Source of the DNA: Spongospora subterranea f. sp. subterranea
Lineage: Eukaryota
Length of the DNA: 64,000 bases
NCBI GenBank assembly: GCA_049724395.1
Contig: JAUGWO010000113.1
Location: 1-64,000 of the forward strand
Direction of reading: 5' to 3'
Shown: positions 12,426 through 25,779 of the stretch, in pieces
How the letters are laid out: the number at the start of each line of letters is the position of its first letter
Numbering within the stretch: the first letter of the stretch is position 1
Program-made: the position numbers and the translations under genes
Notes under the pieces: model-generated
Told to the model about the DNA's origin: nothing
Seen by the model: the letters and a program-made list of their open reading frames with translations, nothing else
The model's database searches: none

Positions 12426-12841
12426 GTCGCCCATCGCCCAGTCGCCCATCGCCATCAGTCGCCCATCAGTCGCCATCAGTCGCCCATCAGTCGCCCATCA
12501 GTCGCCCATCAGTCGCCCATCAGTCGCCCATCAGTCGCCATCAGTCGCCCATCAGTCGCCCATCAGTCGCCCATCAGTCGCCCATCAGTCGCCCATCAGT
12601 CGCCCATCAGTCGCCCATCAGTCGCCCATCAGTCGCCCATCAGTCGCCCATCAGTCGCCCATCAGTCGCCCATCAGTCGCCCATCAGTCGCCCATCAGTC
12701 GCCCATCAGTCGCCCATCAGTCGCCCATCAGTCGCCCATCAGTCGCCCATCAGTCGCTGCCATCAGTCGCCCATCAGTCGCAGTCGCCCATCAGTCGCCC
12801 ATCAGTCGCCCATCAGTCGCCCATCAGTCGCCCATCAGTCG
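12425..12841. repeat. Tandem array (CAGTCGCCCAT)n, about 35-38 units
   Basis: Directly visible 11-bp repeat with a few 10-bp and 13-bp variant units. Confidence 0.98.
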
Positions 12842-12981
12842 ACCTTGACTGGACCTGTGACCGGTAACTCTATCTCAACTCAAAACCCAACAATTGGGCA
12901 CTCCGAATATCATCTAATGTACCCGATCTCGATCGCAACCTGCTAAAACCATGGAGAAATTGACAAAAAACTCAGTGGTGA

Positions 12982-15900
12982 ATGCCGAACGTGATTCCTG
13001 AGTTGAAAATTGGGCCCATTGTCGAGCGTGGCTCGTCAATGGGTCAACGATTTCGGCGGCCCCGAACGGGATTACGATCATCAGGAGCGACCAAATGGGG
13101 AGTCCAATTACTTGGATCATGTCCTGTTGATCGGTCATTGGCATCAACACCTGGACGACCTCCGTCGTCAGCTCGAGGGCGCCATTCGTCCCGTCCGTCC
13201 ACTGCTCCAATCGATCATCGCAATCCAGCACAAAGGCGGTTCGAACAGATCAAAATTGAGCTGAACGAACCGTTTCATGATATGCCACCATCTCGACCGG
13301 CGCCGATCGAAGGCGATCTGGAGCTAGTGCATTGGCGTGTGAAGCCGACTCCCAGCGTCCATAGTGCCAGGAAGCGCGTCGTCAGCGGTGGGCAATTCCG
13401 GGATCTGGAAGGGTTTGAAGGCGACGATGGCGAATATATGACCTTGATCGAGGATTATGAGGGGTCGTTAACGGGATTGAGCCTGAATAATTGGCTGTCG
13501 ACATACCGCAACGAGAGCGCCATGTTCACGTCTCTCGCCCTGTTCATCGAGACCAAACTTCGCGAAGTGCAGTACGCGACGCGGTCGTCGCCCGTGCCAA
13601 ACTCGTTCCGGACGGCCGTGATCTGCGATATGATGTTGAAGCTTTCGACCTGCCTGGGTGGGTTTAGCGAGGCGTTCCGACCGATTGTCGTCGAGATGAT
13701 CAAGTCGATTTATGTGGAGATCGATCTGAACAGGGCGGAACCGTTCAGGGCTACTCCTTTCTTCGTAGAGAAGCGTCGCATTCAGGCAGCGATGGCCGCC
13801 AAGGATCAACGAATCCATAACCTGCAAGTCGAGGTTGATTATCACAAGGAGCGCAGCGCTGGAAATCGAGTTGGGATTGACGGCGTCATCAAGAACTGGC
13901 AATCATCCATCGTCCAGAATACATTTCGGCAATGGCGTTCCTATGTTGCCCAAAGAAAAGATAAATTCCTGAAACTATCGGTACGATAAAGCCTTCGATG
14001 GTCCGTTCGCCAATGGCTTTCTAACGGACATAAACCCTGTAGAAATTTTTCCACAAGTCCAATGCGGTCAAAGATTTGGTAATTGCTGATTGTCATTGAT
14101 GAAGTCGTTGAGCTTTTAAATGATCATCGAAACAGTTCCTTAGATGGAAGACGGTGACGAGTCGGTCGGCGTCGATCAAGTTAAGGAGACTGATGGAAAA
14201 GCATAATGAGATGACGGGTGGGTTTGAAGAGCGTTTACGAGCAGTGACCGAAGAACGCGATCTGCAGAAGATCGCGTTCTTGTCGTGTCTGGGGAAGTTG
14301 GACGTGGCCGAAGCGGACCTACTGCAATTGCGGCAACAGGTCGCCATGACCACTGACGAAATCGTTCACGATATGAAGGACAAGATGACCTCTTTCCAGA
14401 TCAACTACTTCCGTTATGCGATAACCCTGATCGGGGAGCGTCTTCGCGTTGCTCGCGAATCCCTGATCGGACTGTTCCAATCGGAATGGCTCTGCGACGC
14501 CCTGCAATTGATTACGCCCAATGATGGCGCCATTTCCGATCACGACCTTCTGGCGTTGGTCCCAGAAGATCTTGTTCTGCGTTGGACCAATCTTCGTCTA
14601 CGTTCGTGCAAAGAGGTGAAAATCGGCCCAGTTGACGATCTATCGGCGTCTTTTCAGAGCGGGGAAGTCCTGGTCGTCCTGATGTATTTGATCGCCCCAA
14701 CGATGGTCACGCTCCATTCCCTAGATGATCCAGATCCGAAAGAGCGGATCAAGGATGCGCTGACGGCGGCGATTGATATCGGGGCTAACCCTGGGCCTTT
14801 AGCAATGCTGGCCGACGTATTCGAGAATAAAGCCGACCTAACGTTCGTGTTGTTGTCGCGTCTGATGGCGATGTTTCCCGGGGTCCATCCGCGAAAACAA
14901 GTGATCAGCGCAGAACTTGACGAGCTCGATAGCGTTATTCACAACTGGGAACGGCTGCGGCGATCACGAAAAGGACGAGTCCCATCTGAATTGGAATCTT
15001 TCACGGTTTTGGTCAATCAGGTAAATTGTTATTCGCAATGCGGTCTAACAGTTTTTGCCTTGATTTTCGCATTGCCTTTGACCGCACTGATGTTGAAAGT
15101 GTCTTCTAATTTGAAGATTTCTAAGAGGGTCTAACAAATGGTTCCGTAGGTTGTGGCGAAATCATCTGAGGCGGTTAATAAGTTGTTGAAGCGTCATCAT
15201 CTGTGGGAGGATATTGTGGTAAAGGTGTCGGGACTGAGCGCCCACATGTTGGCGGCAAGGATGCGCGGTGAACCGATTGTGGTGAACGACGCGCGAGAGA
15301 ACGCCGACATGGCCCAATACAAGACCATGATCTGGAACAAGATCGAGAAACTGATTCCGTCGGCACTGTCTCCACAGGAAGAGCTCGCCCGAATCCAGAT
15401 ACAATTGGATAAATACGCCGTCGCTAATCGCCGTATATTTCGACATTACGCCGCTGGTGAAGGCGTTGGTAGTACCATGTCCATCAACGAATTCGTTAAA
15501 TTTGTTCAGGACGCGAAACTTGTGGGGAAAACTCTGAAATTGCCACAAGTAATTACTGCCGTGAACGTTCTGATGGATTACGATTTAGCCGTTGAATAGG
15601 TTGAAAGAATATTCGCACAGGCGAATTCTGAAGGCGACGGGACAGCGGATGAAGCGGAATCCGAAGCTGAAGAAGAGGAAATCGTCGAGGCTGAAGAATA
15701 TGACGACGCCGTGGCCAATCCCGACGAAGAACTGATTCCCCGCGAATTCGTTGAGTGCTTGCTGCGATTGGCGATCAAAAAGTATGCGAAGCCGTATTCG
15801 GTGGCGGATCGATTGGTGCTGCTAATGGAGACATTTGTGTTGAAGAACGCCATGCGCTCAGAGCGGTTCCGCGAGGAGTTGTGCTCTGTATTGATCAGGT

Positions 15901-16434
15901 TGTTACGCTACAACTTGTCGAACTAAATTGAAATTAGGTCAAAGTCAAAGACGTATTTGATCGTAATCGCGCCTGTTTGAAATGCATTTTCCGATATTAC
16001 GGTAGGAAGGGGCAAAGGTGTGGCCGCAATCAGACTGACTATTGTTGACAGCGGCTGGAGGTAAGAAGCCGAAAGGGAAACGGAAGACGGCACAAGATGA
16101 TTCAATGAGCCTGGCTGAGTTCAAGCTGATGGTTCAGGAATGCGCCTGGGTCGACGCCACGTTTTCCCTATCGCATGTCCAGTCGATTTTCAATAATATC
16201 CAGAGGACGGATGACGAGGAGGCTAGCGAGGTCAACACCGAACTAGTCTATGATGAGTTCATTGAAGGAATCGCTGCGATCGCCGTCATGAAAATCCCGA
16301 ATCCCTATGTGGAAATTGATACACGCATAGAGGACTTCATCCATACCCGGCTTTTGGCACCGCTTGTCAAGCTCAACATTATTACAGGACTGAAAAAGTT
16401 GGTGAAGACCAAAGCATCGATAGAAACACCATAG
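12982..16434 (+). CDS. Large uncharacterised protein: coiled coil, calponin-homology-like domain, degenerate EF-hand-like C-terminus
   Basis: Exons approx. 12982-13980, 14043-14078, 14144-15020, 15150-15548, 15600-15886, 15938-16001, 16052-16434. CH-like PEDLVLRWTNLRL...DLSASFQSGEVLVVLMYLIAP. EF-like MSINEFVKFVQDAKL, LIPREFVECLLRLA, LVYDEFIEGIAAIA. Confidence 0.8.
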
Positions 16435-16917
16435 CTAATATATATATATTTACAAGAATTGTGGGAAAATCACCAGACCTGACAGGATTTGTGCAAAACG
16501 AGGCTTCGAATTGGCGGGAAAGTCTTTTCGTGAAATAATTTAACTTGATAGATCAGATCAATTCATATACAATCTGGACGAATACCCTATATTCAAATAT
16601 CATCGATGAGTAAATAGACGTGCAATCGTGCACTACGATGTGAACAATTGAAATCGATGATGAAGAATGTTAGACAGTTATACTACTCAACGGTAAGTCT
16701 TCAACCGTAAAGTCCTTTCCAGTCTATCTCCTTCCTAAACAATGTTGGAGATGGGAACACTATAGGCCATGTCCGAACGGTTTTGGACATCAAAATTCCA
16801 AACCGAATTGAACTGACATTGGCGCAGAAAAGCAAATGACTTCTGCTAGAAATCTTATCACAATTAAAGCAAAAAATCATCGAAAAAATGTGTCATACTT
16901 ACAGAGACCAGGTGGAT

Positions 16918-18743
16918 TCAGTCAATTATAAAAGGGCAAGAGTAACTGCTGCCATCATTAAGAGCGAATTCGACAAGATCCTTGAGTGCATCTGTAGGCG
17001 TATCTGTAGGAGGGTTTATCCGACGGCGCTTATCAAGACGCAACCTTTGCTCTTCCTGTTGACGCCTATCTTCATCCGGGTCAATATATTCTACAGTACC
17101 ATCCACACCGACATTTGCTGGTCATTGACAATAATCAGAAAAAAGCGTAACTATTTAAGAAAAATTTACCTTGATCTACATCCGGACCAAGCGTTTGCAA
17201 GTAAACGCTTGAAAAACGAATCAATTCGCAAGTCTGCCACTGACTCGGTGTCATACAGAGATGGCAATTTCGAGCGCGAGGAGTATTACCTTGGGCAGGA
17301 CCGCTACATACAGGACAACGCCATCGGCCATATTGTTTGCAATAGGAGACCATTTTTTCCAAATCAAAACACTGTTGATGATTGCAAAGTACAGACTTCG
17401 CTGGATTTTCCAACCTAATCATCGACAGTGGACAGCGTAACGACACCAGCATATTCGACGCCTTGATGTCATCATCGCCAACAGCAGCAACATGAGGTTT
17501 CTCCTCAATCGGTTCGCGAACTTTAACCATTTCGACTATCTATCGTGAGACGTAATACATAAGCAAACCACAAATCTTCAACGTCGTTGCACACTACCTC
17601 AACGACACTAACGCACTTGACGATTTGCACAACTACAACACCCTTGATCATCTGGGATCCAATATCCAATTCTTGAACTTCGCGACGAACAATATAATCA
17701 GATATATTAAGTGGATTAGAATGTGCCTTTTTCGCGTCGTATACTGAATCTGATATACCATCGTCAAAACTGTTGTACAAATTGGATGTGAATCCCACCA
17801 TTGGAAAAACGATTTCCCGACGATTCATCCGAGCGAATATCCTATTGTCAAGCACCTCAAACTGATTGGATGCAGGACAGAACCGTCTATATCATACAGC
17901 TGTCAATACAACAGGGCAAAACAATAGACCTGGTCGACCTGAGCACGACTTGAGATCGGCCACATTGAATGTCGGCGTGCTGAGAATCCGTTAATTTGAA
18001 ATTTAAATGCATGCCACCCATAGATCTGCAAAAACTTTTGGTGATGCCTATATAATATTGTTGACAACATACCGAAAAAAGGCGCTTGCCAGTGTAATGG
18101 GATCACAATAGAGACCGTCAATTCGTTGGAAACTGGGTAACTTGAACAAGGCGTTGAGGATCCCAGTTTCAGCTGAAAAATTCGGTGATTGTTTGAGATA
18201 ATAACAAACCATAGGTACCCAATGATGTCGCCGAGGAATTTTGGCCCTCTTCATCTGGAAAACAAGTGCACGGAGGAGCGTCTTTAGGGATTTTGGGAAA
18301 TAGTGTCCACTTCGTGCGCGGGGATGCTGACGGCATGGTTTTGCGATTCTGTTGATAAACTCAACTAAGCCTGAACAAAATCCATTGGAAAAAGATCCAA
18401 ACGACGATATAGTACAATGATCGGTTGACATAGCATGGAATAGATAAATTTCTTAATCGTATTCACCATCGACAATCTGCTGTTTTCTTCCTGCAGTAGT
18501 TAAATATCTCGGCATCGAGCTTTGCCTGGCGATGATGCAGAAATCTTTCAGATACCGGATTATCGCTTTTAGATCCGCCACACGATAGGAAAAAAAACTT
18601 CCGCTGCAGAAATTTCTCATAAACATAGCCGGATCCATTTGGGTGAGGCCTGCCATCCGATAAATATCGGAGGTGTAGACCATGACCGCCCCCTGCTCTA
18701 ACGAAGCAGGCCTCAACGCATCCATTCCTGGCATTGGAATCAT
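16918..18743 (-). CDS. SIZ/PIAS-family E3 SUMO ligase (SAP-like N-terminus, SP-RING/MIZ finger)
   Basis: VSLRCPLSMIRLENPAKSVLCNHQQCFDLE...WRCPVC; N-terminal YRVADLKAII...GRKQQIV. Spliced, with one +1 indel near 17199. Confidence 0.88.
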
Positions 18744-19244
18744 TGTAAAGTTCGTCAATAAATAGCGCGCCACAGCGATGATAGGCGGTGCCGTGACTGC
18801 AGCAGCCCTCTGGCCTATGATGACCAGATTTGTGATCTACTGTACCTGGATGAGGTGGGCAACGCCCAGAACTGCGTGACCTGCTGTCAGCCGGACCGAT
18901 TACGGGGAAATGATTTTTAGATGCTGCCTCGGTACTGTATTTAAGTACTGAATAATGTTTGATAGGCGCGTTGTAGTAAAAACATGAAGGATCAGCGTTG
19001 AATGCATTTGATTGACCGGCAGATATTTTCTTGTACTTGTTATCTCATTATCAGCAAGGATGAGGACCGTTTGCTGCTGTGACTATGTGAGGGTCGCTAC
19101 TCGAGGTGCGGCGCAATTTTTTCTGCCCAGGCGGCTACTTCTCGCTTGATAGTTATGTGACCGGCGCTCAGATACGGCCTCCTCTTTAGTGAAGAATTTT
19201 CGTTACTAGCGAAGGAGATGGCCCAGGTTTGGTCAAAATAAACC

Positions 19245-21379
19245 ATGGAATTTGCCGATGTCGTTAAGGTCGAGGAATCCTTGGACTTGAACGATAAGGA
19301 CGTCGAGAAAGAAACAGGACAGACACAGGGAAACAGGTTACGTTGTTGGTGTTGAGGTTTACCTGTGCTGACATTATCGTCGCTCGCCAAATCTATAGCG
19401 TGGGCTCCCTGAGCGAACGACCTCCATTGTATGATGTCGGCACATCTGAGTCTTTCACCATTAACGTGTAGGCTATAGTCATCTTGTTTTCGTTTGCATT
19501 GCACTTACTTGCGTAGGAATAATGCTTCCGAAAAAGAACTTCAGTCACCCAATTCGCTTTCAAATAAATCCAAGCCTGAGGCGCTTCAACCCTTTGCAAC
19601 TAGGTTTAGCCATCAAACGATCGTATATATCTTGTAGATTTATTTTCCATGAAGGTCTGCCGACTTTATACTGAGTGTTGACTCTCAGAAGCTAAGCCAA
19701 CAAACCCCAAGCGACGGCCTGCAAGAACAGTGTGTTTGATCAAATTAGTTTGCATTCGTGTTTTGTAATTATATTTCGTCAGTGTCTCTAATACACCGCT
19801 GTATTCTGGCGCTTCAAAGTCCTCTATCGAGCCGTCACTTGATTTGTGAGTTCTCAAGATAAAGAATGTTTTATCTCTTTTAACAGTTTTAGGTCGCCCA
19901 ATCGCAATATCCAGCAGAGGAATGCAAACAATTCTGTTTCCCCACAGTTTTACGCTCTAGATCTCCAGTCCAACGCGAGGATGATATGAAATCAGATCCC
20001 CAAGCTACTAACTTCAAAGTAAGAGGTCGAGTTTTTTTCCAAGGTATATTCTGTTTTTTTATCAATCTGGAAGGGACGGTGACATTTCCATAGGATTGGT
20101 CGACAACTGGGCAGGACCTTCCGCAGCTTCAATTTTTATTGGTTAGTATCAAGTTGTGTGCTCATTACATCTGTATTAAGCGAATTGTTTTCAAGATTCT
20201 GAGGAAAGTCAGGACGCTCAGCGAGAAAGGCAAACGAAGGAAGACAGAATTGCGTGGGGACAAATGTTTCAAAATTGGAACAATAGAACGTAGATGAATT
20301 CAATCGCAAATGGTTTTTTTGGTACTGAACGTCCCCATAGAGAGATTCCGTCTCAAAGGAAACTGAGAAACATGTGCTGGAGAGGAATTCCCAGTTCGTG
20401 CCGTAGCCAAGCCTGGATTGCAATAATTGGCAATGATTTAAAGATTACTAATGGTTTTGAAATTATGTTGCCTTTATCAAATTTCACCTTACATTCCTGT
20501 AGACCTGTACAATATCCTATCCTCACGGCAAACTTCTGCTGCATCTGATTCTTGCAGCAGAGAAGACTCAATGAACTTAATTGAAATTGATGTTCCAAGG
20601 ACTTTCCCTGATTTGCAAGTATTTTTAATTTTTGTAACACTCACATTAGCTGTAAGTAAAATCAAGTTTTCATAGTTTTTCCATGGCGAAGGCCCTTTGA
20701 AAACCCCGCTGATCAATATTCTTCGAACATACGTTTCGTTCAGACCCGATGTTGGATATACTCAAGGTTCATGCTCCCATCTCTTGACTTGCTGTTTTAG
20801 TCACAAGTGTTACAGGGATGTCATATATTGCTGCTATGCTACTTTTGAATGTTGACAGCGAATACCACGCTTTTCAAGCATTGGCCAATCTTCTTAACCG
20901 AGAATTGTATATGCTGGTTCGTTGTTTTGCGATTGATTGTTTAGTCCGTTTTTAGGTATTTTACCTTGTTCCGCGATTTTACAAATGGTCGTACACACCT
21001 AAACGTATTTGATAAGCTTTTGAAAAAACACGTTTTCAAAGCATCCGAGAGGTTTCAAGAATTGCAATTGACTCCGGATATGTACCTTTATGACTGGATC
21101 TTGACGATCTTCAGTCGATCATTTCCTTTGGACATTGCTTGCCGCATTTGGGATTGTTTCCTTGTTGAAGGGCAAGCGTTTCTGTTTCGCGCCGCATTGG
21201 GTGTGCTAAAAATGTACGAATCTGTTTTCGCATCATCGAGTTTCGAGCAATGTCTGCATTTTCTCAACAGGATTCCAAAGAACCTCGACGAACGCACATT
21301 GTTCAACAACATTCTTAACATCTCTGTAAGCGAAAAAACCTTGAACCGAATGCTAATACAAGAAAGCAGTCAAAACTAG
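19245..21379 (+). CDS. TBC-domain Rab GTPase-activating protein (TBC1D12/14-like)
   Basis: CWRGIPSSCRSQAW, LIEIDVPRTFPDL, RPDVGYTQGMSYIAAMLLL, WILTIFSRSFPLDIACRIWDCFLVEG. The 5' exons are inferred from splice signals. Confidence 0.9.
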
Positions 21380-21429
21380 ATATGGTCGCAAAAAAAAAGC
21401 TCAATTCTCAATGGTCGGACAGAACGTGG

Positions 21430-22450
21430 TGGCTGACCCAGTACGTCTCAGAATCTGTCGACGTATAGAAAGTTTAGAGCGACTGCAATCATTTTGTGAG
21501 TTGATGGATCGCTAAACAGAACCCAATAAACTTGAGAAACATCATTGTATTGTGAAAACATACACACGACTTCCTCAATCAGAGCCGATAATTCCAACCG
21601 TAGAACATTTACAATTTGTATCGATTGACCCCAAATCACACGGCTACTTCCAGCTCGTGCACTTGATGGGACAAACACGACCCGGATATTACCACGTTCG
21701 GAAACGTCAAAGTGTCCTGGAGCGTTGTCCATTGGCAAAAGAAGGCGATATTAAATCATTTTCAAAATGTTTCCACCCTCATCCAGGCTTTGGAGTGATC
21801 GAGTTGATTAAGTGGCCATTGACGGAGGATCTTTGGGCTTTCCGATAGAGCGAAAGGAGTTCATTGGGTTCCATTTGCGGTCGCAAAAATATAACGAAAA
21901 CACGATCTTGCCTCTTGTGGTGGAGACATCCTCGCTCGGCATAAGAAAACTGTACCTTGAAAGCAAACGAACGAATTATCCCGTTTCGACCCATGTGACA
22001 AACGTTCTCAGGTTCATATTGCTCGACAATAGCCAACAATTCCGGATCGTCTTTTTTAACTTCTGGGCCCTCCCGTAAAGGAACATAGTTTGTAAACCTC
22101 GACGCCTTCAAAAGCGACTCAGCAAATGCCAAGACGTTTGAAAATCAGTGTCGTGGCTTTTGGATTTCGCAATGGCGATATAGGGCAGAACTGGAAGGTT
22201 AGCACAATGACCTCTGTCAATCAGGTGTCCAACATATCTTCAAGCTCGTTAAATCAACCATTCGACGAAAAAGGATTTTGCTTTGGAATTGTCAACTATA
22301 TTTGCCGAGCGTTCCAAAACTTTGTAACGGTTCTTCCAAACTTTTCCGATAGCGCCTTTGCCGGTTAGCTTTGGTAATCTCATAAATTCGGGAATCATCT
22401 AACGCTATTTTTTCGTTTTCTTGGAAGTTGGAGGCTTGGCGCCGAATAAC
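21430..22450 (-). mobile_element. pogo/Tigger (CENP-B HTH plus DDE_1) transposase remnant
   Basis: MDNAPGH, IVEQYEPENVCHM (Y..ENIYNMDETG-like), AMAFAESL...KAS. Fragmented frames. Confidence 0.75.
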
Positions 22451-22691
22451 AATAAAATGTGGACGCCGTTAACGCGACCGGGAGGCCACGGTATTTGGTA
22501 GAGATTTGATCTTGAAAATAGGTTTTCCCCGTTTTTCCCTGAAAAAACAACCACACTGCAGTATTTATTTGCAATACTACGGGCCCTGTCGCTAAAGAAA
22601 AACTTATCGTTTTTTCTTTAGCGCGGTCAGAAGTCGTTCGTTTTCATCAAAATTACACGCACAAACCTCGCAGTTTCAAGTGCGGGCCGAG

Positions 22692-23948
22692 ATGGTTGGA
22701 TCAATGCTGTTGGAGAGTCTGTTGGAGTCGTACCGGGATCGCCCGTCAGTCAGTTTTCAAAACATCCTCTCGCTGTATCGTATTGGTACATCTAACTGTA
22801 CAACTATTTCTTGCTCTGCTGTTGGGGACCAGTCAGCAGCCAATTTGTATTTTGATTGAGGAATGGATTCGAGGAGATCTCGCCCAGGATCATGGCGACA
22901 ATTGCAGGGTGGCATTGCTGCATTAGCTGATAAATTTGGCGAGCATAATTCTGTTCATCATTTGAATGTTGGCCCCTTGCTTATTATTTTGCCTGTTTGC
23001 AATTGCCTATTCTACTGTGTCATCACAGGCGATTAAAGCACTCGAATTCTCCAAACTGTCCGAGGAAGAGAAGGCGATGCCGATAAATACCCCTATCACA
23101 GAGGATTTAGATCTTTCGAATACTGACGTTGCTAGTATGGATATACCTATTCCTCAAAGCAATCGTGGATTTCAATTGCTTCACAAGATGGGATGGCGTT
23201 CTGGTACTGGTCTTGGCCGATCAAAACAAGGTGTGACTTGATGTTTTTATTTTCATTGTCGATATTTTGGAAACTTTGCATTTCCTGCGATAATTTGCGG
23301 TGTAATTTAACCATGCATATTTTTTGTAGTCAAATGATTTACTTCTGTCAATTGTAGGCATCATCGATCCTTTAAGAATTGAGAAAAAGAGCGAAGTTCT
23401 TGGTGTTGGAGCAGAATCATTTGATAAAGAAATGTCCAAAAAAGTGACTTCAGAAAGGAGACGCCTTGAGTCTGAAAACACACTGGGAGAAAGTGAGGAA
23501 GCTGCTAACGAAAGAAAAGATCGCATTGAAGCAAAGCTCAAACAGGAGCAAGAAGCACAAGAAAATATCAAAAATCTCTATTGTTCGTTATGTAACAAAC
23601 AATATACAAAGGCAATTGAATATCAAGGACATTTAGACAGCTATGACCACAACCATCGTAAAGTACTATTCCATTGCATTCGTCAACGTTGGTTCGCTAA
23701 AAAAATTTGTCTTCAAGAGATTTGCTGAAATGCGCAAAAATCGTCCAAATATAAATTCACAAATCACAAAAGCCGATGATCACGGCGATAAATTGCTACT
23801 TCAACGCATCAAAGCATCAGCTGCAGCAGAAGCGCAAACATTGAAGTCGCCCGAGACAGAACGTATCAATTCGAGGCTGGATCAGAATGAGGCGCGACCT
23901 GTATTGAAGTTTGCATTTAAACCAAAGTCTTTAATTAAAAGGAGATAA
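22692..23948 (+). CDS. G-patch and C2H2 zinc-finger protein (GPATCH8-like)
   Basis: PIPQSNRGFQLLHKMGWRSGTGLGRSKQG|IIDP and LYCSLCNKQYTKAIEYQGHLDSYDHNHRK|RFAEMR. Start codon uncertain. Confidence 0.88.
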
Positions 23949-23981
23949 ACGTTTTCGACAGCTCCAAGTGTGAAACACGTT

Positions 23982-24293
23982 TTATTTTTTTGATATTTTA
24001 GCAAAATTCTTTTCAACAGATGTTCTCGCTTTTTTCATCATCCCTGCTACTTTGTCGCTCTTTGCTGCATATACTCCTGCTGCCACCGCGCCTCCTAATA
24101 ACACAACTGTGGGCAGAATACAGGCGGCTAATGCACCTCCAACAGCGGCGGCGCCGTACTTGGCAATATCATTCTTGCCAGCCGTTGATTCTTGTGGTTT
24201 AGCTTCTTCGGCCGGTGGCGGGAAGCTGGCAAAATCATCGCCACCCATATGCCAGTCGAGATTCGATCCGTTGTCAGTTAGTTGCGGATTCAT
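23982..24293 (-). CDS. Small hypothetical protein with Gly/Ala-rich hydrophobic segment
   Basis: 103-aa ATG-initiated ORF with AAAVGGALAACILPTVVLLGGAVAAGVYAA and a basic C-terminus. Convergent with the G-patch gene. Confidence 0.6.
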   Translation of the reverse strand: MNPQLTDNGSNLDWHMGGDDFASFPPPAEEAKPQESTAGKNDIAKYGAAAVGGALAACILPTVVLLGGAVAAGVYAAKSDKVAGMMKKARTSVEKNFAKISKK

Positions 24294-24509
24294 ATCAAAA
24301 GTTTGATAATTGGGGGCAGTTGGGGAAGTGTTATTCTGAAGTAAGTGTTAAAGATAGAGACTGACAGAAACTGCGATATTGATTGTTACTGTGCTGGATT
24401 ATCTGTGTCAACTGAAATTCATCATTTAGCATTGTATTAATCCATCAGATTGATTCATTGTCTGGCTCGACATGAGATTAGAATAGGAAAGGAGCAATAC
24501 TCCTGAAAT

Positions 24510-24850
24510 CAGTGTTGCGGACCGTCGTTTAAACGGTTCAAACAAAAACCGGTTTTACTCGTTTTAATCGCGGTTAAACGTTTGTTTGACAAACATAGTA
24601 AAAACGAAGGAGTAAAAACGGAATCCCGGTCTCCGTAAAAACTCCAAGTACTGTAGCCAAATTCTTAAAGTTTTGTCGACAATTTGAAGTTCACGTTCGA
24701 AATGGGACGGCCAGCTTGTGCAGCGCGATCGCATTTCATAAAGCTCGAAGCAAAAGGACGAATCTATTGAAGATGCTAATGCGGTGCATCAGCGAACTTC
24801 CCAGGCACTGGAACCAATTCCAGGTCCTGACCGCCGTGGCGCAGTTGTTT
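24510..24850 (+). mobile_element. Possible 5' end of a hAT-like element
   Basis: Starts CAGTGTTG with repeated AAAACG subterminal motifs, then a decayed MGRP...HF...C..C (BED-finger-like) ORF start. Confidence 0.35.
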
Positions 24851-25779
24851 GAAAACGTGTCTAATCAGTAAAAACACAATCAGTAAAAACGCAGTCGAAA
24901 CACAACTAGTTTTTTCACCAGAAACCTACTCCTCGACGCAAAAAGGGGAAACAAGGCAAAACAAAAACGCATTACAGTGTTCCCGCGTTAGGATGCTGTC
25001 CATTCCTGGGGTTTTAGATACTATAATCACGGAATTACTGCATTCAACACACGCTAAACCGCATTCAGACTCTGCATGCGAATGTATCCAGTCTTGTCTC
25101 AGTTTGTGCGTTCAGGCTGATTGAAAAGTCTGTTATGAACGTAAGATAAATCATGTTGTAAAACGCAACACGGCCGTCAAGTTGTATAATATAACAACAC
25201 ACAATCATTATGCAAAGCGATGCAAGATGAAGCGTTACGGAACCAATTGTGGCTTTTAAGGACACCTAAAACAGTTTCAACGATTATATGATCGAATTTT
25301 CATGGGAGCTACGCGAACGATCGTTGGACGTGAATTTCAAATGCATGAAATGCAACCACGCCACAAACGGGATCCCATAGGATATTGCATGAGTCCGGCA
25401 TGATGGGTATTGCTATCTTGTGTATTGATAAAACATGGTCTAGCAGATATTGCACATCAAGACGGTTCCATTAGATCACGTTTTACGCCAGAAGGTTGGT
25501 CGCAGCATCCATTTAACCCCAGACCCCCTCGAGAAAACACGACCTTAATTACTCAAGATACGGGCAGCGACCTGATTTATCCATCCAATGGTTTTTGAAG
25601 TAACTTGATGTTTCTGGAAACTTCCACATCAGCGAGACAATACTCCATCAATCATAGCATAGACCTTGTCATCATGCAAAACGCCCTCACTTTGCGAAAT
25701 TACATGTGCACTTTGCGACATTACATGTGCACTCAATTCTGTTCTTTCTCACCTCAACATAATCCGACAACTGGCGAAA

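Noticed and set aside
12425..12841. CRISPR array or telomeric repeat
   Set aside because: Units are contiguous with no spacers, the context is eukaryotic with no cas genes, and the unit does not resemble TnAGGG-type telomeres.
12399..12848. 149-aa HQSPISRPSVA-repeat protein
   Set aside because: It is only the stop-free translation of the 11-bp array, and it starts at a non-ATG codon inside a TE end.
19097..19857. Minus-strand ORFs as a separate gene
   Set aside because: They are antisense to plus-strand exons with good splice signals that lead into the TBC gene.
25690..25735. Short ~21-bp direct repeat (TTACATGTGCACTTTGCGA)
   Set aside because: Only about two copies, next to TE debris; not enough to assign a function.
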